From an uncultured Pelagibacteraceae bacterium (lineage in GTDB: Bacteria > Pseudomonadota > Alphaproteobacteria > Pelagibacterales > Pelagibacteraceae): a stretch of DNA of 64,000 nucleotides. The stretch's first letter is position 1; every line of letters begins with the position of its first letter. The notes under the pieces are model-generated. The model was not told the DNA's origin. It was given only the letters and a program-made list of their open reading frames with translations, and ran no database searches. Of the stretch, positions 1 through 12,333 are shown piece by piece. The position numbers and the translations under genes are program-made. The DNA is taken from assembly GCA_902594655.1 (NCBI GenBank), contig CACJMW010000003.1:12403-76402 (forward strand), written 5' to 3'.

Positions 1-2
1 AC

Positions 3-1229
<1,227 letters not shown>

Positions 1230-2510
1230 ATGGAATTTTTAAATAATTCTAAAAATTATTCTTTAAATAGAAAAACTTATATAAACCTAAGATGGATAGC
1301 AATAATTGGCCAATTTATAGCTATAAACTTAGCAGCATTCTTTTTTGAGTACGAATTTTCATACATAAAATCAAATATAGTTGTATTGATTGGCGCAATA
1401 AGCAATATTTACTTGGTAAGTTTTTATGTCAAAAATTTATTATCCAACAGAACTGCTTTTAATTTTTTGATAATTGACATTTCACAACTTACTTTACTTT
1501 TTTATTTTACTGGAGGGATTTTAAATCCATTTATAATTTTTTTGATTATTCCAAGTGTGTTTGCATCCTTAAGTTTGGAAAAGAAAACTAATTATATATT
1601 AATTCTAATTACAATAGTTAGCATAATAATACTCACCTTTCTCTATCAAGAAACTTCTTTACCATTACCAACAAAATCATCAATCGATTTTTATTTTTAT
1701 TATTCTATTCCTATTTCATTAGTAATCGCTTTATTTTTTTTAAATTTTTTTGCAATTACTTTTGCCCATGAATCTAGTTTGCGTAAAGATGCTTTAGATA
1801 AAATTCAGCAATTAATTGCAAAAGAACACGAACTTGTATCCCTTGGAGGCCAAGCGGCTGCGGCAGCTCATTCTTTAGCTACTCCATTATCAACAATTAA
1901 GCTAATTACCCAGGAGTTATCAAAATCTTTAAAAGGTAATAAAGATATAGAAAAAGATATAGTTTTATTAGCAGAACAGGTTGAAAGATGTAATCAAATA
2001 TTAAAAAAACTTTCAATTAATCCAGATATTAATGATGAATTTATTGATTACGATCTTACTATCTCTAATTATCTTAAAGAAATTATAAAATCGTTTGAAA
2101 GCATAAGTAAGAAAAAATTTTTTTTTCATGATAATCAAAATATCAATCCTATTAAATTTAAGCGATCGATCGAAGTTATTTATGGTCTGAGGAACTTTAT
2201 AGGAAATGCCAATAAATTCGCCAAAGAAAAAATATTTATAACTGTAAATTCAGATAGTGAAAACACTGAAGTAATCATTGAAGACGATGGACATGGTTTT
2301 CCAAAAGATATTTTAGATAAGATTGGAGAGCCATACATAAGATCAAAAGAACGAAATGAAATAAAAAAAGCAGGTTTAGGACTTGGTATTTTTATTGGTG
2401 GAACATTACTTGAAAGGAACTATGCAAAAGTTATTTGTCGTAATTCAATTACTAGAAATGGAGCTGAAGTAATTATTAAATGGAATAATAAAGATTTAAT
2501 TGGACTTTAA
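1230..2510 (+). CDS. regB: RegB/PrrB/ActS-family redox sensor histidine kinase
   Basis: N-terminal [11 protein letters not shown] segments with GGILNPF quinone-binding motif, H-box [12 protein letters not shown], HATPase DDGHGF and GLGLG. Confidence 0.9.
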   Translation: MEFLNNSKNYSLNRKTYINLRWIAIIGQFIAINLAAFFFEYEFSYIKSNIVVLIGAISNIYLVSFYVKNLLSNRTAFNFLIIDISQLTLLFYFTGGILNPFIIFLIIPSVFASLSLEKKTNYILILITIVSIIILTFLYQETSLPLPTKSSIDFYFYYSIPISLVIALFFLNFFAITFAHESSLRKDALDKIQQLIAKEHELVSLGGQAAAAAHSLATPLSTIKLITQELSKSLKGNKDIEKDIVLLAEQVERCNQILKKLSINPDINDEFIDYDLTISNYLKEIIKSFESISKKKFFFHDNQNINPIKFKRSIEVIYGLRNFIGNANKFAKEKIFITVNSDSENTEVIIEDDGHGFPKDILDKIGEPYIRSKERNEIKKAGLGLGIFIGGTLLERNYAKVICRNSITRNGAEVIIKWNNKDLIGL

Positions 2511-4306
2511 TTTAGTAATTTATTGTTTTTAAATAGGTTGCTTAATTCTGAAATCATTACATCACCCAATTCTTGAACATCAGTTATTTTTATTGCACGA
2601 CTATAATATCTAGATACATCATGACCGATACCTATAGCTAATATCTCTACATCATCTTTACTCTCAACAAACTTAACGACTTTTTTTAGATGTTTTTCCA
2701 AATAATCACCAGAATTTACTGATAAGGTTGAGTCATCAACGGGCGCGCCATCAGATATAACCATTAAGATTTTTCTTTCTTCTTTCCTTTTTTTCAATCT
2801 ATTGAATGCCCACATTATAGCTTCGCCATCAATATTCTCTTTAAGTATTCCTTCCTTTAACATTAGACCTAAATTTTTTTTTGATTGTCTCCATTGACTA
2901 TCTGCACTTTTATAAATTATATGCCTTAAATCATTCAAACGTCCTGGATTTTTTAATTTACCTTTTTTATTCCAGTCTTCTCTGGATTTACCACCTTTCC
3001 AATTCTTTGTAGTAAACCCAAGAATTTCGACTTTTACTGAACACCTCTCTAAGGTTCTAGAGAGTATATCCGCACAGAGTGCAGCAATTGTAATTGGCCT
3101 ACCTCTCATTGAACCAGAGTTATCAATTAAAAGACTTACAACAGTATCTTTAAATTCTAGATCTTTTTCTTTTTTAAATGATAAAGAGTTATAAGGATCA
3201 ATAATAATTCTTGGCAATTTAGAACTATCTAATAATCCCTCTTCTAAATCAAAATCCCATGAACGATTTTGTTTCGCCATAAGTTGTCTCTGCAATTTAT
3301 TTGCTAATTTAATAATCAAATCTTTAAAGTTTATTAGTTGATGATCAAGATTTCTTCTTAATTTTAATATTTCATCAGCATCCTCTAAATTTTCTGCCTT
3401 TTCTATTTCATCAAACTCTTTTGAAAAGACTTTGTATTCATTTTTACTTTTTGAATTATTAAGTTTTTGAACAATTTGTTCTGAGCTTTGTTGATCGCTT
3501 TCAGTATCAAAGAGCTGTTCTTCCATTCTAAATTCATTCATTTCAAGCTCTGTTTCAGATATTGATTGATTTTCTGCCTCACTTTGATTTTGATTTTCAT
3601 TTGTCTCACTATCTGGCTCTGAGCTTTGTTGATTATTTTGATCAGAATCTTGTTGGTTCTCCTGTTTATTTTCTTCCTCATCTCTCTCTAAAAAATCTAA
3701 TTCTTTCAAAATTTCAATAAATTTTGAGGAATATAATTCTTGATTTTCTAAATTTTGTTTTAAAAAATTTAGGTGTTTTCCAAAACTCTTTTTAAAATCA
3801 TCTTCCCAAAAACTTAGAATTTTCTCGCAAATTGCGTTAGTTTTAATATTAAAAAAGTTCTTTAGCATATAAATCTCAAAAGCTTCAGTAATTGTTGTAT
3901 CTTCTTTCGATTTAAGCTGATCTTTTCTTTTTAAACTAATTTTATAATTATAATTTTCAAATATATTTTTATTAATTCCTTTTAACATTTGAGTCCCCAG
4001 TTTTTCGTATCGAATTTTTTCTGATATATTGTATAAATTTTTATAAGTAGGTTTTGATGGTAAATTTTTTAAATATATTGATTTATTTGAAAACTTTCTT
4101 TTTAATGCCTCCGAGTCTGTTTCGGCTCTAAATTTTAAAAAATCATACTTATTATTTAAATTATCTAGCTCGAAAAAATTATAATTCTTTGAGCTGCTAT
4201 TTTTTTCATTGAATTTTTGAGTATCTTTAATGTCTTCAGATATTGCTCGAACCGTAGATATTAACGCTTGTTTAAATTTTTCTTTTAAATTCTCGTCTTT
4301 TTTCAT
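2507..4306 (-). CDS. cobT: CobT-family VWA protein
   Basis: Acidic linker, [52 protein letters not shown]. Confidence 0.9.
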   Translation of the reverse strand: MKKDENLKEKFKQALISTVRAISEDIKDTQKFNEKNSSSKNYNFFELDNLNNKYDFLKFRAETDSEALKRKFSNKSIYLKNLPSKPTYKNLYNISEKIRYEKLGTQMLKGINKNIFENYNYKISLKRKDQLKSKEDTTITEAFEIYMLKNFFNIKTNAICEKILSFWEDDFKKSFGKHLNFLKQNLENQELYSSKFIEILKELDFLERDEEENKQENQQDSDQNNQQSSEPDSETNENQNQSEAENQSISETELEMNEFRMEEQLFDTESDQQSSEQIVQKLNNSKSKNEYKVFSKEFDEIEKAENLEDADEILKLRRNLDHQLINFKDLIIKLANKLQRQLMAKQNRSWDFDLEEGLLDSSKLPRIIIDPYNSLSFKKEKDLEFKDTVVSLLIDNSGSMRGRPITIAALCADILSRTLERCSVKVEILGFTTKNWKGGKSREDWNKKGKLKNPGRLNDLRHIIYKSADSQWRQSKKNLGLMLKEGILKENIDGEAIMWAFNRLKKRKEERKILMVISDGAPVDDSTLSVNSGDYLEKHLKKVVKFVESKDDVEILAIGIGHDVSRYYSRAIKITDVQELGDVMISELSNLFKNNKLLN

Positions 4307-5281
4307 CTAAATCTGAATATTTACCAAGGATTCCGGCAGGTCTTCCCCAAAACACCTCTGATAATATTCAGCTATAGTATTTTTTTCTACATCGTCACAT
4401 TTATTTAAGAAAGTAACTCTAAATGAATAGCCTATATCCTTAAAAATTTGACTGTTCTCAGCCCAATGAATTACAGTCCTCGGGCTCATTACAGTAGATA
4501 TATCTCCCGCAATAAATCCCTTTCTTGTTAATGATGCAACTTTAATCATATTGGCAACTACATCTTTACCTTTGGTATTATTCATGTGTTTATTTTTTGA
4601 TAAAACTATTTCCATTTCTTTCTCAAGTTCTAGATAGTTAAGAGTTGTAACAATATTCCATCTATCCATTTGTCCCTGATTAATCTGTTGAGTTCCATGA
4701 TAGAGACCACTTGTATCTCCTAACCCAATAGTATTCGAGGTTGCAAATAATCTAAAAAATTTATTTTGTTTTAAAACTTTATTTTTATCTAATAAAGTAA
4801 AACTTCCTTCTGACTCCAAAACTCTTTGAATCACAAACATAACATCAGGTCTACCAGCGTCATATTCATCAAAAACTAATGCAACTGGGTTTTGAATTGA
4901 CCATGGCAAAATACCTTCTTTAAATTCAGTAACTTGCTTTCCATCCTTAATTACTATTGCATCTTTACCTATTAAATCTATCCTACTTATATGACTATCC
5001 AAATTAACTCGTATGCAAGGCCAATTAAGTCTTGCAGCAATTTGTTCTATATGAGTAGATTTTCCAGTTCCATGATATCCTTGGACCAAAACCCTTTTAT
5101 TAAAAGAAAACCCAGATAAAATAGCTAAGGTAGTGTCTCTATCAAATTTATAGCCTTTATCTAACTCTGGAACAAATTCATTTTTTTTTGAGAAACCTTC
5201 AACTTCCATATCACTTTCAATTCCAAAGGTTTGTTTAACTGAAAGTTTAATGTCAGGTGTTTGTTCAATATTTGGTATCAA
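4307..5281 (-). CDS. cobS: CobS-family AAA+ ATPase
   Basis: Walker [46 protein letters not shown]. Confidence 0.92.
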   Translation of the reverse strand: MIPNIEQTPDIKLSVKQTFGIESDMEVEGFSKKNEFVPELDKGYKFDRDTTLAILSGFSFNKRVLVQGYHGTGKSTHIEQIAARLNWPCIRVNLDSHISRIDLIGKDAIVIKDGKQVTEFKEGILPWSIQNPVALVFDEYDAGRPDVMFVIQRVLESEGSFTLLDKNKVLKQNKFFRLFATSNTIGLGDTSGLYHGTQQINQGQMDRWNIVTTLNYLELEKEMEIVLSKNKHMNNTKGKDVVANMIKVASLTRKGFIAGDISTVMSPRTVIHWAENSQIFKDIGYSFRVTFLNKCDDVEKNTIAEYYQRCFGEDLPESLVNIQI

Positions 5282-5798
5282 TTTTTCCTCTATAAGTATT
5301 TTTAAGTTGAGTGTAAGCTAAAGTAATTATTTTTAGCTTTTCCTCAAATTTTTTATTTCCAGCATTCATATCAGGGTGAAATTTTTTGACAAGCTTTTTA
5401 AACTTTTCTTGTATTTTTTTCCATTCTATACCGGCTGGCACATCTAAAATTGTAAAAGCTTGAAAATCTTGACCACTAAATCTAAATTTTTTCATATAAT
5501 CCATATTTTCAAAATTTTTAAATTTTGATACTTCGTCTTTTAATGCATTATTCCAAAGTATTTTAAAAAAGTTATCAGATGAGCTGAAACTTTGCGTCGG
5601 CTTATGCCATATCATATCCGATTTAATAAAGTCTATAATTTGCTGATCATTCATTCCTGAAAAATAGTTCCAATTTTTATTAAATTCTTTTACGTGATAT
5701 AAACAAAGCATTCTATATTTTTTACTATTATCTTTTTCAACTGGAGCTTTAAACTCACCTAAATTATTACAATTATTCCACTCACAAATTGTTTTCAT
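5265..5798 (-). CDS. J-domain (DnaJ-like) protein
   Basis: N-terminal C-x4-C...[14 protein letters not shown]-terminal J-domain with HPD; typical neighbour of cobS. Confidence 0.85.
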   Translation of the reverse strand: MKTICEWNNCNNLGEFKAPVEKDNSKKYRMLCLYHVKEFNKNWNYFSGMNDQQIIDFIKSDMIWHKPTQSFSSSDNFFKILWNNALKDEVSKFKNFENMDYMKKFRFSGQDFQAFTILDVPAGIEWKKIQEKFKKLVKKFHPDMNAGNKKFEEKLKIITLAYTQLKNTYRGKIDTKY

Positions 5799-5822
5799 AA
5801 TTATTTTATTTATAATATTAAT

Positions 5823-6083
5823 ATGGATATAGAAAATTTAATTAAAAATATCAAAGTAAAATTATTAAAAAATAACTTAATTGAAAATGTAAAAATTGAA
5901 GACAAAACTTATCTTCATTTAAAGCATGCTTCTCACGATAAAAATAAGTTTCATATAAAATTAACCATATACTCAAAGAATTTAAAAGAAATAAACAAAA
6001 TAGAAGCAACAAAAGTAGTAAATAAAATTCTAAAGGATGAAATAAAGTATTATATTCATTCTTTACAAATTTTATTTGGTTAA
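5823..6083 (+). CDS. bolA: BolA family protein
   Basis: ED.T..H..H...KFH...IHSLQI pattern; divergent from the J-domain gene as in other alphaproteobacteria. Confidence 0.75.
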   Translation: MDIENLIKNIKVKLLKNNLIENVKIEDKTYLHLKHASHDKNKFHIKLTIYSKNLKEINKIEATKVVNKILKDEIKYYIHSLQILFG

Positions 6084-7169
6084 TTCTATTTTTAAAAATT
6101 GCTTAATTTTAGGTGGACTAATTTGATTTTTTGTATTAACGCTCCCAATTTTATTTATAGTAATAAAATTTATTTTTTTTGATATATTTTTTTTATCTAA
6201 AATCATAAATTTTATTATTCTATTTAAATCTTTAGTTTTAAAGAATTTATTTAAATTATCAAAATTCAATTTGGATAAGTGCGATACTATTAAATCATAA
6301 TCATTATTTTTTAATGACCTAATTTTTTTACTCAGCTTAGCAGCAGATAATATACCATATAAAACTGCCTCTCCATGGTTAAGTTTTTTTGAATAATTCA
6401 ATGCTGCTTCATACGCATGTCCAAAAGTATGACCCAAATTTAAACTTTTTCTTAGATTGCTTTCCTTTTCATCTTTTTCCACAATTTCTTTTTTAATTTT
6501 ACAGCTTTCTAAAATCGCTTTCTCAATAAATTTTTTTTTTAACTTAACTATTTTTTCCAAGTTCTTATCTAAAAAAAAGAATAACTTTTTATCTTTAATT
6601 AATGAATGTTTAAAGATTTCAGCATAACCACAAATGATTTCTCTTCTTGGCAAACTTTCCAATAGCTTTGTATCGGAAATAACCAAATCAGGCTGATAAA
6701 ATGATCCTATCAAATTTTTACCAAATTTATTATTTATTCCAGTTTTGCCACCTATAGAGGAGTCTACTTGAGATAAAAGTGTTGAAGGAATATTAATAAA
6801 TTTTAATCCTCTTTTATATATACTTGCTGCAAAACCAGAAACATCTCCTGTTATTCCTCCGCCCAAACAGATTATTACATCATTTCGTGTAAAATTATTT
6901 TTCAATAAAATTTTAAGTATTGAATTTATTGAGGACAAATTCTTGTTTTTTTCTGAAGCATTAAATAAATAAATAAATTTTTTTTCAGAAAATATTTTAG
7001 ATTTTATTTTTTTTATAATCGAATTTGGAACGTTTCTATCAATTATGAATAATGATTTTTCAAAATTAATATTTTCCTTTTTAGTTATTTTATCAATTTG
7101 ATTAACAATATTGTTTCCAATATATATTTTATAATGTTTACTTTTTGTTTTAATAGGTAAAACTTTCAT
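6072..7169 (-). CDS. aroB: 3-dehydroquinate synthase
   Basis: GGGITGDVSGF, QVDSSIGGKTGIN, LNLGHTFGHA, HGEAV. Confidence 0.95.
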   Translation of the reverse strand: MKVLPIKTKSKHYKIYIGNNIVNQIDKITKKENINFEKSLFIIDRNVPNSIIKKIKSKIFSEKKFIYLFNASEKNKNLSSINSILKILLKNNFTRNDVIICLGGGITGDVSGFAASIYKRGLKFINIPSTLLSQVDSSIGGKTGINNKFGKNLIGSFYQPDLVISDTKLLESLPRREIICGYAEIFKHSLIKDKKLFFFLDKNLEKIVKLKKKFIEKAILESCKIKKEIVEKDEKESNLRKSLNLGHTFGHAYEAALNYSKKLNHGEAVLYGILSAAKLSKKIRSLKNNDYDLIVSHLSKLNFDNLNKFFKTKDLNRIIKFMILDKKNISKKINFITINKIGSVNTKNQISPPKIKQFLKIELTK

Positions 7170-7671
7170 TTTTTACAATCTTAGTTATTTCATTTATTAT
7201 TTCATTTTTACTTTTATTTTCACAGTTTATTTTAAAATCAGACAATTTATAAATTTTAACTCTTTTTCTGTAAAGGTTAGCCATTTCTTTTTTATTCAAT
7301 TGTAAAGCTAAGGGTCGCCTCATATTTTTTTTAATTCTTATCAATATAGTTTTAATTTTCCAGTTTAACCAAAAAGAATGACTGTACTTATTTATTTTTT
7401 TTCTAATTTTACTATTTAGAAAAGCACCACCACCAATAGAAATAACACTTTTAGTCTTATCCAAGCAAGATAATGTTATTTTTTCTTCTATTTTTCTAAA
7501 ATATGACTCACCTTTGTTTTGAAAAATTTTTGTTATCTTTTCGTTCTCTAATTTTTCTATTTTTACATCAATATCAACGAAATGATAATTTAATTTTCTA
7601 GATAGTCCGTAACCAATGGTAGATTTACCAGCACCCATCATCCCAATTAATACTATATTTTTTTTTAACAT
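7150..7671 (-). CDS. aroK: Shikimate kinase
   Basis: GMMGAGKST, GESYFR, GGGAF, RPL. Confidence 0.93.
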   Translation of the reverse strand: MLKKNIVLIGMMGAGKSTIGYGLSRKLNYHFVDIDVKIEKLENEKITKIFQNKGESYFRKIEEKITLSCLDKTKSVISIGGGAFLNSKIRKKINKYSHSFWLNWKIKTILIRIKKNMRRPLALQLNKKEMANLYRKRVKIYKLSDFKINCENKSKNEIINEITKIVKNESFTY

Positions 7672-7726
7672 TTATTAATATTGAAAAAACATAAATATGT
7701 CTTATTTCTAAACTAATTAAACATTT

Positions 7727-7912
7727 ATGGAATTTCAAAGAAAAAATAATAACTCAATTATTGGGAAGTTACGAGGCCCTCTTATAAAATTGTCACTTAT
7801 ACTTATAATTTTGATAGGTTTTATATATGCTTTAGGCTCAATAGATTTTCCAGCGCCTAACAAGAAAATTGAAAAGATTATATCTAATGAAAATTTCAAA
7901 ATTGTTAAATAA
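7727..7912 (+). CDS. Small single-TM hypothetical protein
   Basis: 61-aa ORF with one hydrophobic helix, overlapping the start of the next gene. Confidence 0.6.
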   Translation: MEFQRKNNNSIIGKLRGPLIKLSLILIILIGFIYALGSIDFPAPNKKIEKIISNENFKIVK

Positions 7913-9653
7913 AAAAAATTTTTTATTTTTTGTATTTATCTTTATTTACTTTGATAACTCAATTGCCAACGAACCTGAAGATATATGGAATATTGATAAA
8001 ACTAATACTCAAGTAAAGGAAAACGATCAAAATAATTCTATAGTATCAGACGAAATTACCGAGGAGGTAATTTCTGTATATGATTTAAACAGTCAAGAAA
8101 ATAAAAGTGAAAATCAAATTCTTTTAGAAAATAATCTTGAAAAAAAAATAACCTTATATGGCCTATACGACCCAGTTGAATATAATTTATCAATTGATAT
8201 GTGGAATAAGTCCGAAGGCGAGGAAATTAAAAAAATATTTGATAAAATTTTTTCTCAGAATTTATCTAATGATGCTTTGGATATACTTGATATTGCTCTC
8301 TTAACAAATTCGAATGCACCAAAACAAAATATAACGAAAATTGATTTTTATAAAATTCAAAAAAATTTTTTATTAAAAAAAAATGATTTAGAATTAATTA
8401 AATTATTTTTGCAAAGAAACCCTGATTTCCCTTTTAAAGATGATTTAATAAATTACTATTCAAATTATTATCTTGCTGAAGCTAATATTGAAAAAAGTTG
8501 TGAAATATTCAACTACATCGGGGAAGTGCCTTTAATAAATGACTATACATCGAAACTTAAAATTTATTGTTTAATAAATTCAAATAAAATAGATCAAGCA
8601 TTATTGATTTATGATTTGAAAAAAGAAATAGGATTTAAAGATGAGTTTTTTGAAAAAAAATTATTTAAACTTATTGGATTTGAAAAAGAGAGTAACCAAA
8701 TATCAGATAAAAATTTACTAGAATTACATCTTTCTCATAGAGTTGTTGAAAACTTTGAATATATTCCTGATGATAAGACTTCTAAGGATGTATGGAAATA
8801 TTTAGCTTCAGCTAATTTACTTGAAAAAGTAGAAAACATAGATTTAGAAGATATAGAAAAAATAAATTTAATTGAAAAAGCAGTTCATGATGGAAATTAC
8901 GATGAGAATGATCTATTTAATTTATACACAAGATACCAGTTTAATTTTAATCAGCTTCTATCTGCTAAGGAAAATTATAAAACCCTAGATAGCTCGAGTC
9001 AAAGGGCCTTAATATACCAAAAAATGCTTTTAACTGTTGAACAAAGCGAAAAATTATATTTAGCAAAATTACTAAAAAGCTTATTTGATGCTGATGAGAT
9101 AGGAAATGCTTTCAATTCTGAACTTTCCAGCATATTACAATCTGTTGATGAAACAACCGTAAAACCAGATCTACTCTCATTTTACCAAAGCAATATCATC
9201 AATGAGGATGCATCAAATAGAAAAATAAAATTTAATAATAAAATTATCCACCAGTCTAAATTACTAAACTATTTTATTGAAAAAAAAGAATTATCAAAAA
9301 TAGAAAAAGAGACTAATGATTTGTTAAAAAGTATTTTAAAAGATAAAAAATATATAATCACTACAAATGATGAAATTCTGTTAGAGTCTCTAAAATATGA
9401 TGGAGTAAAAATTTCCAAAAAATATTCCGACAGATATTCATCCACAGCCAACATACCTCCTGATATTCAAGTAAAAATTAATAATAGAGATTTAGGACTT
9501 ATTTTACTAAGAATAGTTGAAATAATTGGAGAAGATAAATTGGAAAATCTTGGCTCAGAAACATTAAATTTCATATTAATTACTTTAAATCAACTAGATC
9601 TTGATAATATTAGAGATAAAATTATTTTAAAAACTTTACCAATAAGGGTATAA
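7887..9653 (+). CDS. Hypothetical exported protein (probable signal peptide)
   Basis: Long ORF; ATG at 7887 precedes a hydrophobic signal-like stretch ending SIA-NEPEDIW. Confidence 0.75.
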   Translation: MKISKLLNKKNFLFFVFIFIYFDNSIANEPEDIWNIDKTNTQVKENDQNNSIVSDEITEEVISVYDLNSQENKSENQILLENNLEKKITLYGLYDPVEYNLSIDMWNKSEGEEIKKIFDKIFSQNLSNDALDILDIALLTNSNAPKQNITKIDFYKIQKNFLLKKNDLELIKLFLQRNPDFPFKDDLINYYSNYYLAEANIEKSCEIFNYIGEVPLINDYTSKLKIYCLINSNKIDQALLIYDLKKEIGFKDEFFEKKLFKLIGFEKESNQISDKNLLELHLSHRVVENFEYIPDDKTSKDVWKYLASANLLEKVENIDLEDIEKINLIEKAVHDGNYDENDLFNLYTRYQFNFNQLLSAKENYKTLDSSSQRALIYQKMLLTVEQSEKLYLAKLLKSLFDADEIGNAFNSELSSILQSVDETTVKPDLLSFYQSNIINEDASNRKIKFNNKIIHQSKLLNYFIEKKELSKIEKETNDLLKSILKDKKYIITTNDEILLESLKYDGVKISKKYSDRYSSTANIPPDIQVKINNRDLGLILLRIVEIIGEDKLENLGSETLNFILITLNQLDLDNIRDKIILKTLPIRV

Positions 9654-9664
9654 ATTTATAAACT

Positions 9665-10189
9665 ATGGCCATAAAAGAAATACTTACTGAACCAAATAAA
9701 ATTTTACGACAGGTATCAAAACCGGTAGAAAGAGTAACAAAAGATGAGCAACATTTGATGGATGATATGTTGGAGACGATGTATCATGCAAATGGCATAG
9801 GATTAGCTGCGATTCAAATAGGAATTCCAAAAAGAATAATAGTCATGGATATTGAAAAAAATGAAGATAAGAAAAATCCAATGTACTTTGTGAACCCAAT
9901 TATTAAGAATAAGAATAAAGATTTTTCTACTTACGAGGAAGGGTGTTTATCGGTACCAAATCAGTTTGCAGAAGTAGATAGACCAGCAACATGTGAAGTT
10001 GAATATTTAGATTATAATGGAGAAAAAAAAATACTCAAAGCAAATGGATTACTAGCAACTTGTATACAGCATGAAATGGATCATTTGGAGGGAATATTAT
10101 TTATTGATTATTTATCAAAATTAAAAAAATCAATGATAATTAAAAAACTGTCGAAACAGAAAAAAAGTTCTGAAGCACTAGTAATTTAA
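9665..10189 (+). CDS. def: Peptide deformylase
   Basis: GIGLAAIQIG, EGCLS, QHEMDHL. Confidence 0.97.
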   Translation: MAIKEILTEPNKILRQVSKPVERVTKDEQHLMDDMLETMYHANGIGLAAIQIGIPKRIIVMDIEKNEDKKNPMYFVNPIIKNKNKDFSTYEEGCLSVPNQFAEVDRPATCEVEYLDYNGEKKILKANGLLATCIQHEMDHLEGILFIDYLSKLKKSMIIKKLSKQKKSSEALVI

Positions 10190-10192
10190 TTA

Positions 10193-11122
10193 ATGCAAAA
10201 AAAAATTGCCTTTATGGGAACGCCATTTTTTGCTGTTCCAATTTTAAAAAAAATGTATCAAAATGGTTATGAGGTATCAGTTGTTTATACTCAACCACCT
10301 AGAAAATCAAATAGAGGCCAAAAGTTTGAAAAATCTCCAGTACATTCTTTTGCTGAAACAATTAGTTTTGATGTAAGAACTCCTTACCAGTTAAAAAATA
10401 ATAAATCTGAATATGAATACTTTAAAAATCTAGACTTAGATCTTGTAATTATAGTCGCCTATGGAATAATCATCCCAAAAGAATTCTTATCATTAAGCAA
10501 AGAGGGATTTATTAATCTTCACGCATCAATACTTCCAAATTGGAGAGGCGCGGCACCAATCCAAAGGTCAATAATGAACAAAGACAAAGAAACAGGCATC
10601 AGTGTGATGAAAATAAATGAAAAACTAGATGAAGGTGATATTTCACACATTTTTAAAATAAATATTAGGGAAAACGAAAATGCTCAAACTTTATCTGATA
10701 GACTTTCTAATTTAGCATCTGAAAAAATTTCAGAGGTAATTGATAGCATTATGGATAAGGAAGTAGAATTTACACAACAAGATCACACAAAAGCTACATA
10801 TGCAAAAAAAATAAAAAAAACCGAAGGTTTAATTGATTGGAATGATAAAGCTGAAAATATTATTGGGAAAATAAATGGATTATTTCCCTATCCCGGGGGG
10901 TATTTTATTTTTAGAGGAGAAAGATATAAAATTTTAAATGCACAAATATCATTTAATAAAGATCAACCAGGAAAAGTTATATCGAATGATCTTGAAATTA
11001 GTTGTGGTCAAAATTCAATTAAAATTTTAGAAATCCAACGTGAGGGGAAAAAGCCACAAAAAATAAATGAGTTTATGCTTGGTTCTCAACTAGGAAAAGG
11101 AACCAATTTATTAAATGTTTAG
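10193..11122 (+). CDS. fmt: Methionyl-tRNA formyltransferase
   Basis: FMGTP, VAYG, NLHASILPNWRGAAPIQR. Confidence 0.96.
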   Translation: MQKKIAFMGTPFFAVPILKKMYQNGYEVSVVYTQPPRKSNRGQKFEKSPVHSFAETISFDVRTPYQLKNNKSEYEYFKNLDLDLVIIVAYGIIIPKEFLSLSKEGFINLHASILPNWRGAAPIQRSIMNKDKETGISVMKINEKLDEGDISHIFKINIRENENAQTLSDRLSNLASEKISEVIDSIMDKEVEFTQQDHTKATYAKKIKKTEGLIDWNDKAENIIGKINGLFPYPGGYFIFRGERYKILNAQISFNKDQPGKVISNDLEISCGQNSIKILEIQREGKKPQKINEFMLGSQLGKGTNLLNV

Positions 11123-11855
11123 ATTTCAAATTATAATCGAATATGATGGAACAAAATATTCTGGATGGCAATCACAAAAAAATGCAAAATCAATCCAAAA
11201 AGAGATTGAAAAAGTTTTATCTAGGATCTTGAAATCAAAAGTGAATATCAGTGGCTCAGGAAGAACCGACGCTGGTGTCCACTCTTATAACCAATCTGCT
11301 CATTTCGATCATAAAATATTGATAATGAATAAAAATAAATTTATTTCATCAGTAAATTATTTTTTAAATAAAAAAAATATTTCAATAAAAAAAATTATTA
11401 AAAAAAAAATGAATTTTCATGCAAGATATTCTGCAAAAGAAAGAGAATACGAGTATATTATCCTCAATAGAGATGCACCTCCCATATTAGATAAAAAAAA
11501 AGTTTGGTATTTAAGATCTAAATTGGATATTAAAATATTGAAAAAAGCAGCAAAGAAATTGGTTGGAACTCATAACTTTAATGCATTTAGATCTACTAAC
11601 TGTCAGGCAAAATCTCCAATAAGAACCTTAAAAAGAATAAAAATTACAAAGAAAAAGGAAAAAATAATTTTTATTTTAAGATCAAAGTCATTTCTTAAAA
11701 ATCAAGTAAGATCAATAATAGGGTGTTTAAAATATGTTGGTGAACAAAAATGGACAATTAAAGATCTTGAAAAAGTTCTGAAGTCAAAAAATAGAAATAA
11801 TTGCGCTCCACCTGCACCTGCACATGGGTTGTATTTATCTAGGATTATTTATTAA
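11115..11855 (+). CDS. truA: tRNA pseudouridine(38-40) synthase
   Basis: EYDGT.YSGWQ, GRTDAGVH, APAHGLYL. Confidence 0.96.
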   Translation: MFRFQIIIEYDGTKYSGWQSQKNAKSIQKEIEKVLSRILKSKVNISGSGRTDAGVHSYNQSAHFDHKILIMNKNKFISSVNYFLNKKNISIKKIIKKKMNFHARYSAKEREYEYIILNRDAPPILDKKKVWYLRSKLDIKILKKAAKKLVGTHNFNAFRSTNCQAKSPIRTLKRIKITKKKEKIIFILRSKSFLKNQVRSIIGCLKYVGEQKWTIKDLEKVLKSKNRNNCAPPAPAHGLYLSRIIY

Positions 11856-12303
11856 GCCCAAGTGTTTTTTTGATTCTCCATCTAGAAGCTTGTTTTACAA
11901 TATACCCACAACAGTTTTTTGAATTACATTTGCATGGATAATCTTTAAAATCTTGATCAAAACTAAAACCATAATCGTACGATAGTTCATCGCCTTTTTT
12001 AATATCTTTAATTGACTCAATCCATAATTTTAAACCTTTCCCAACTACTTCACAATTTGGATTACAAGAATGGTTTATAAGTCTTGCTGTATTAAAAATG
12101 AAATCTCCATCTAGATCAAATTTTTTATTAATTTCAAAAAGATAAATCCTTTTTGAATTATCAAATTTAGGGTTATCTTCACTTTCTTTTTTAGAGATTA
12201 ACTTTCCCTTATATTCAATAATTTTTGTTCCTTTTTTAATATCTTTGGCAGCGATTAACCCTTTGTTATCAATATTTGATTTTTTTATTTTATATAATTT
12301 CAT
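11845..12303 (-). CDS. SET-domain protein (putative lysine methyltransferase) with post-SET Cys cluster
   Basis: ARLINHSCNPN, ELSYDYG, CKCNSKNCCG. Confidence 0.9.
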   Translation of the reverse strand: MKLYKIKKSNIDNKGLIAAKDIKKGTKIIEYKGKLISKKESEDNPKFDNSKRIYLFEINKKFDLDGDFIFNTARLINHSCNPNCEVVGKGLKLWIESIKDIKKGDELSYDYGFSFDQDFKDYPCKCNSKNCCGYIVKQASRWRIKKTLGLNK

Positions 12304-12333
12304 GAAGTCTATTTATGATAATTTTTAAGAAAC

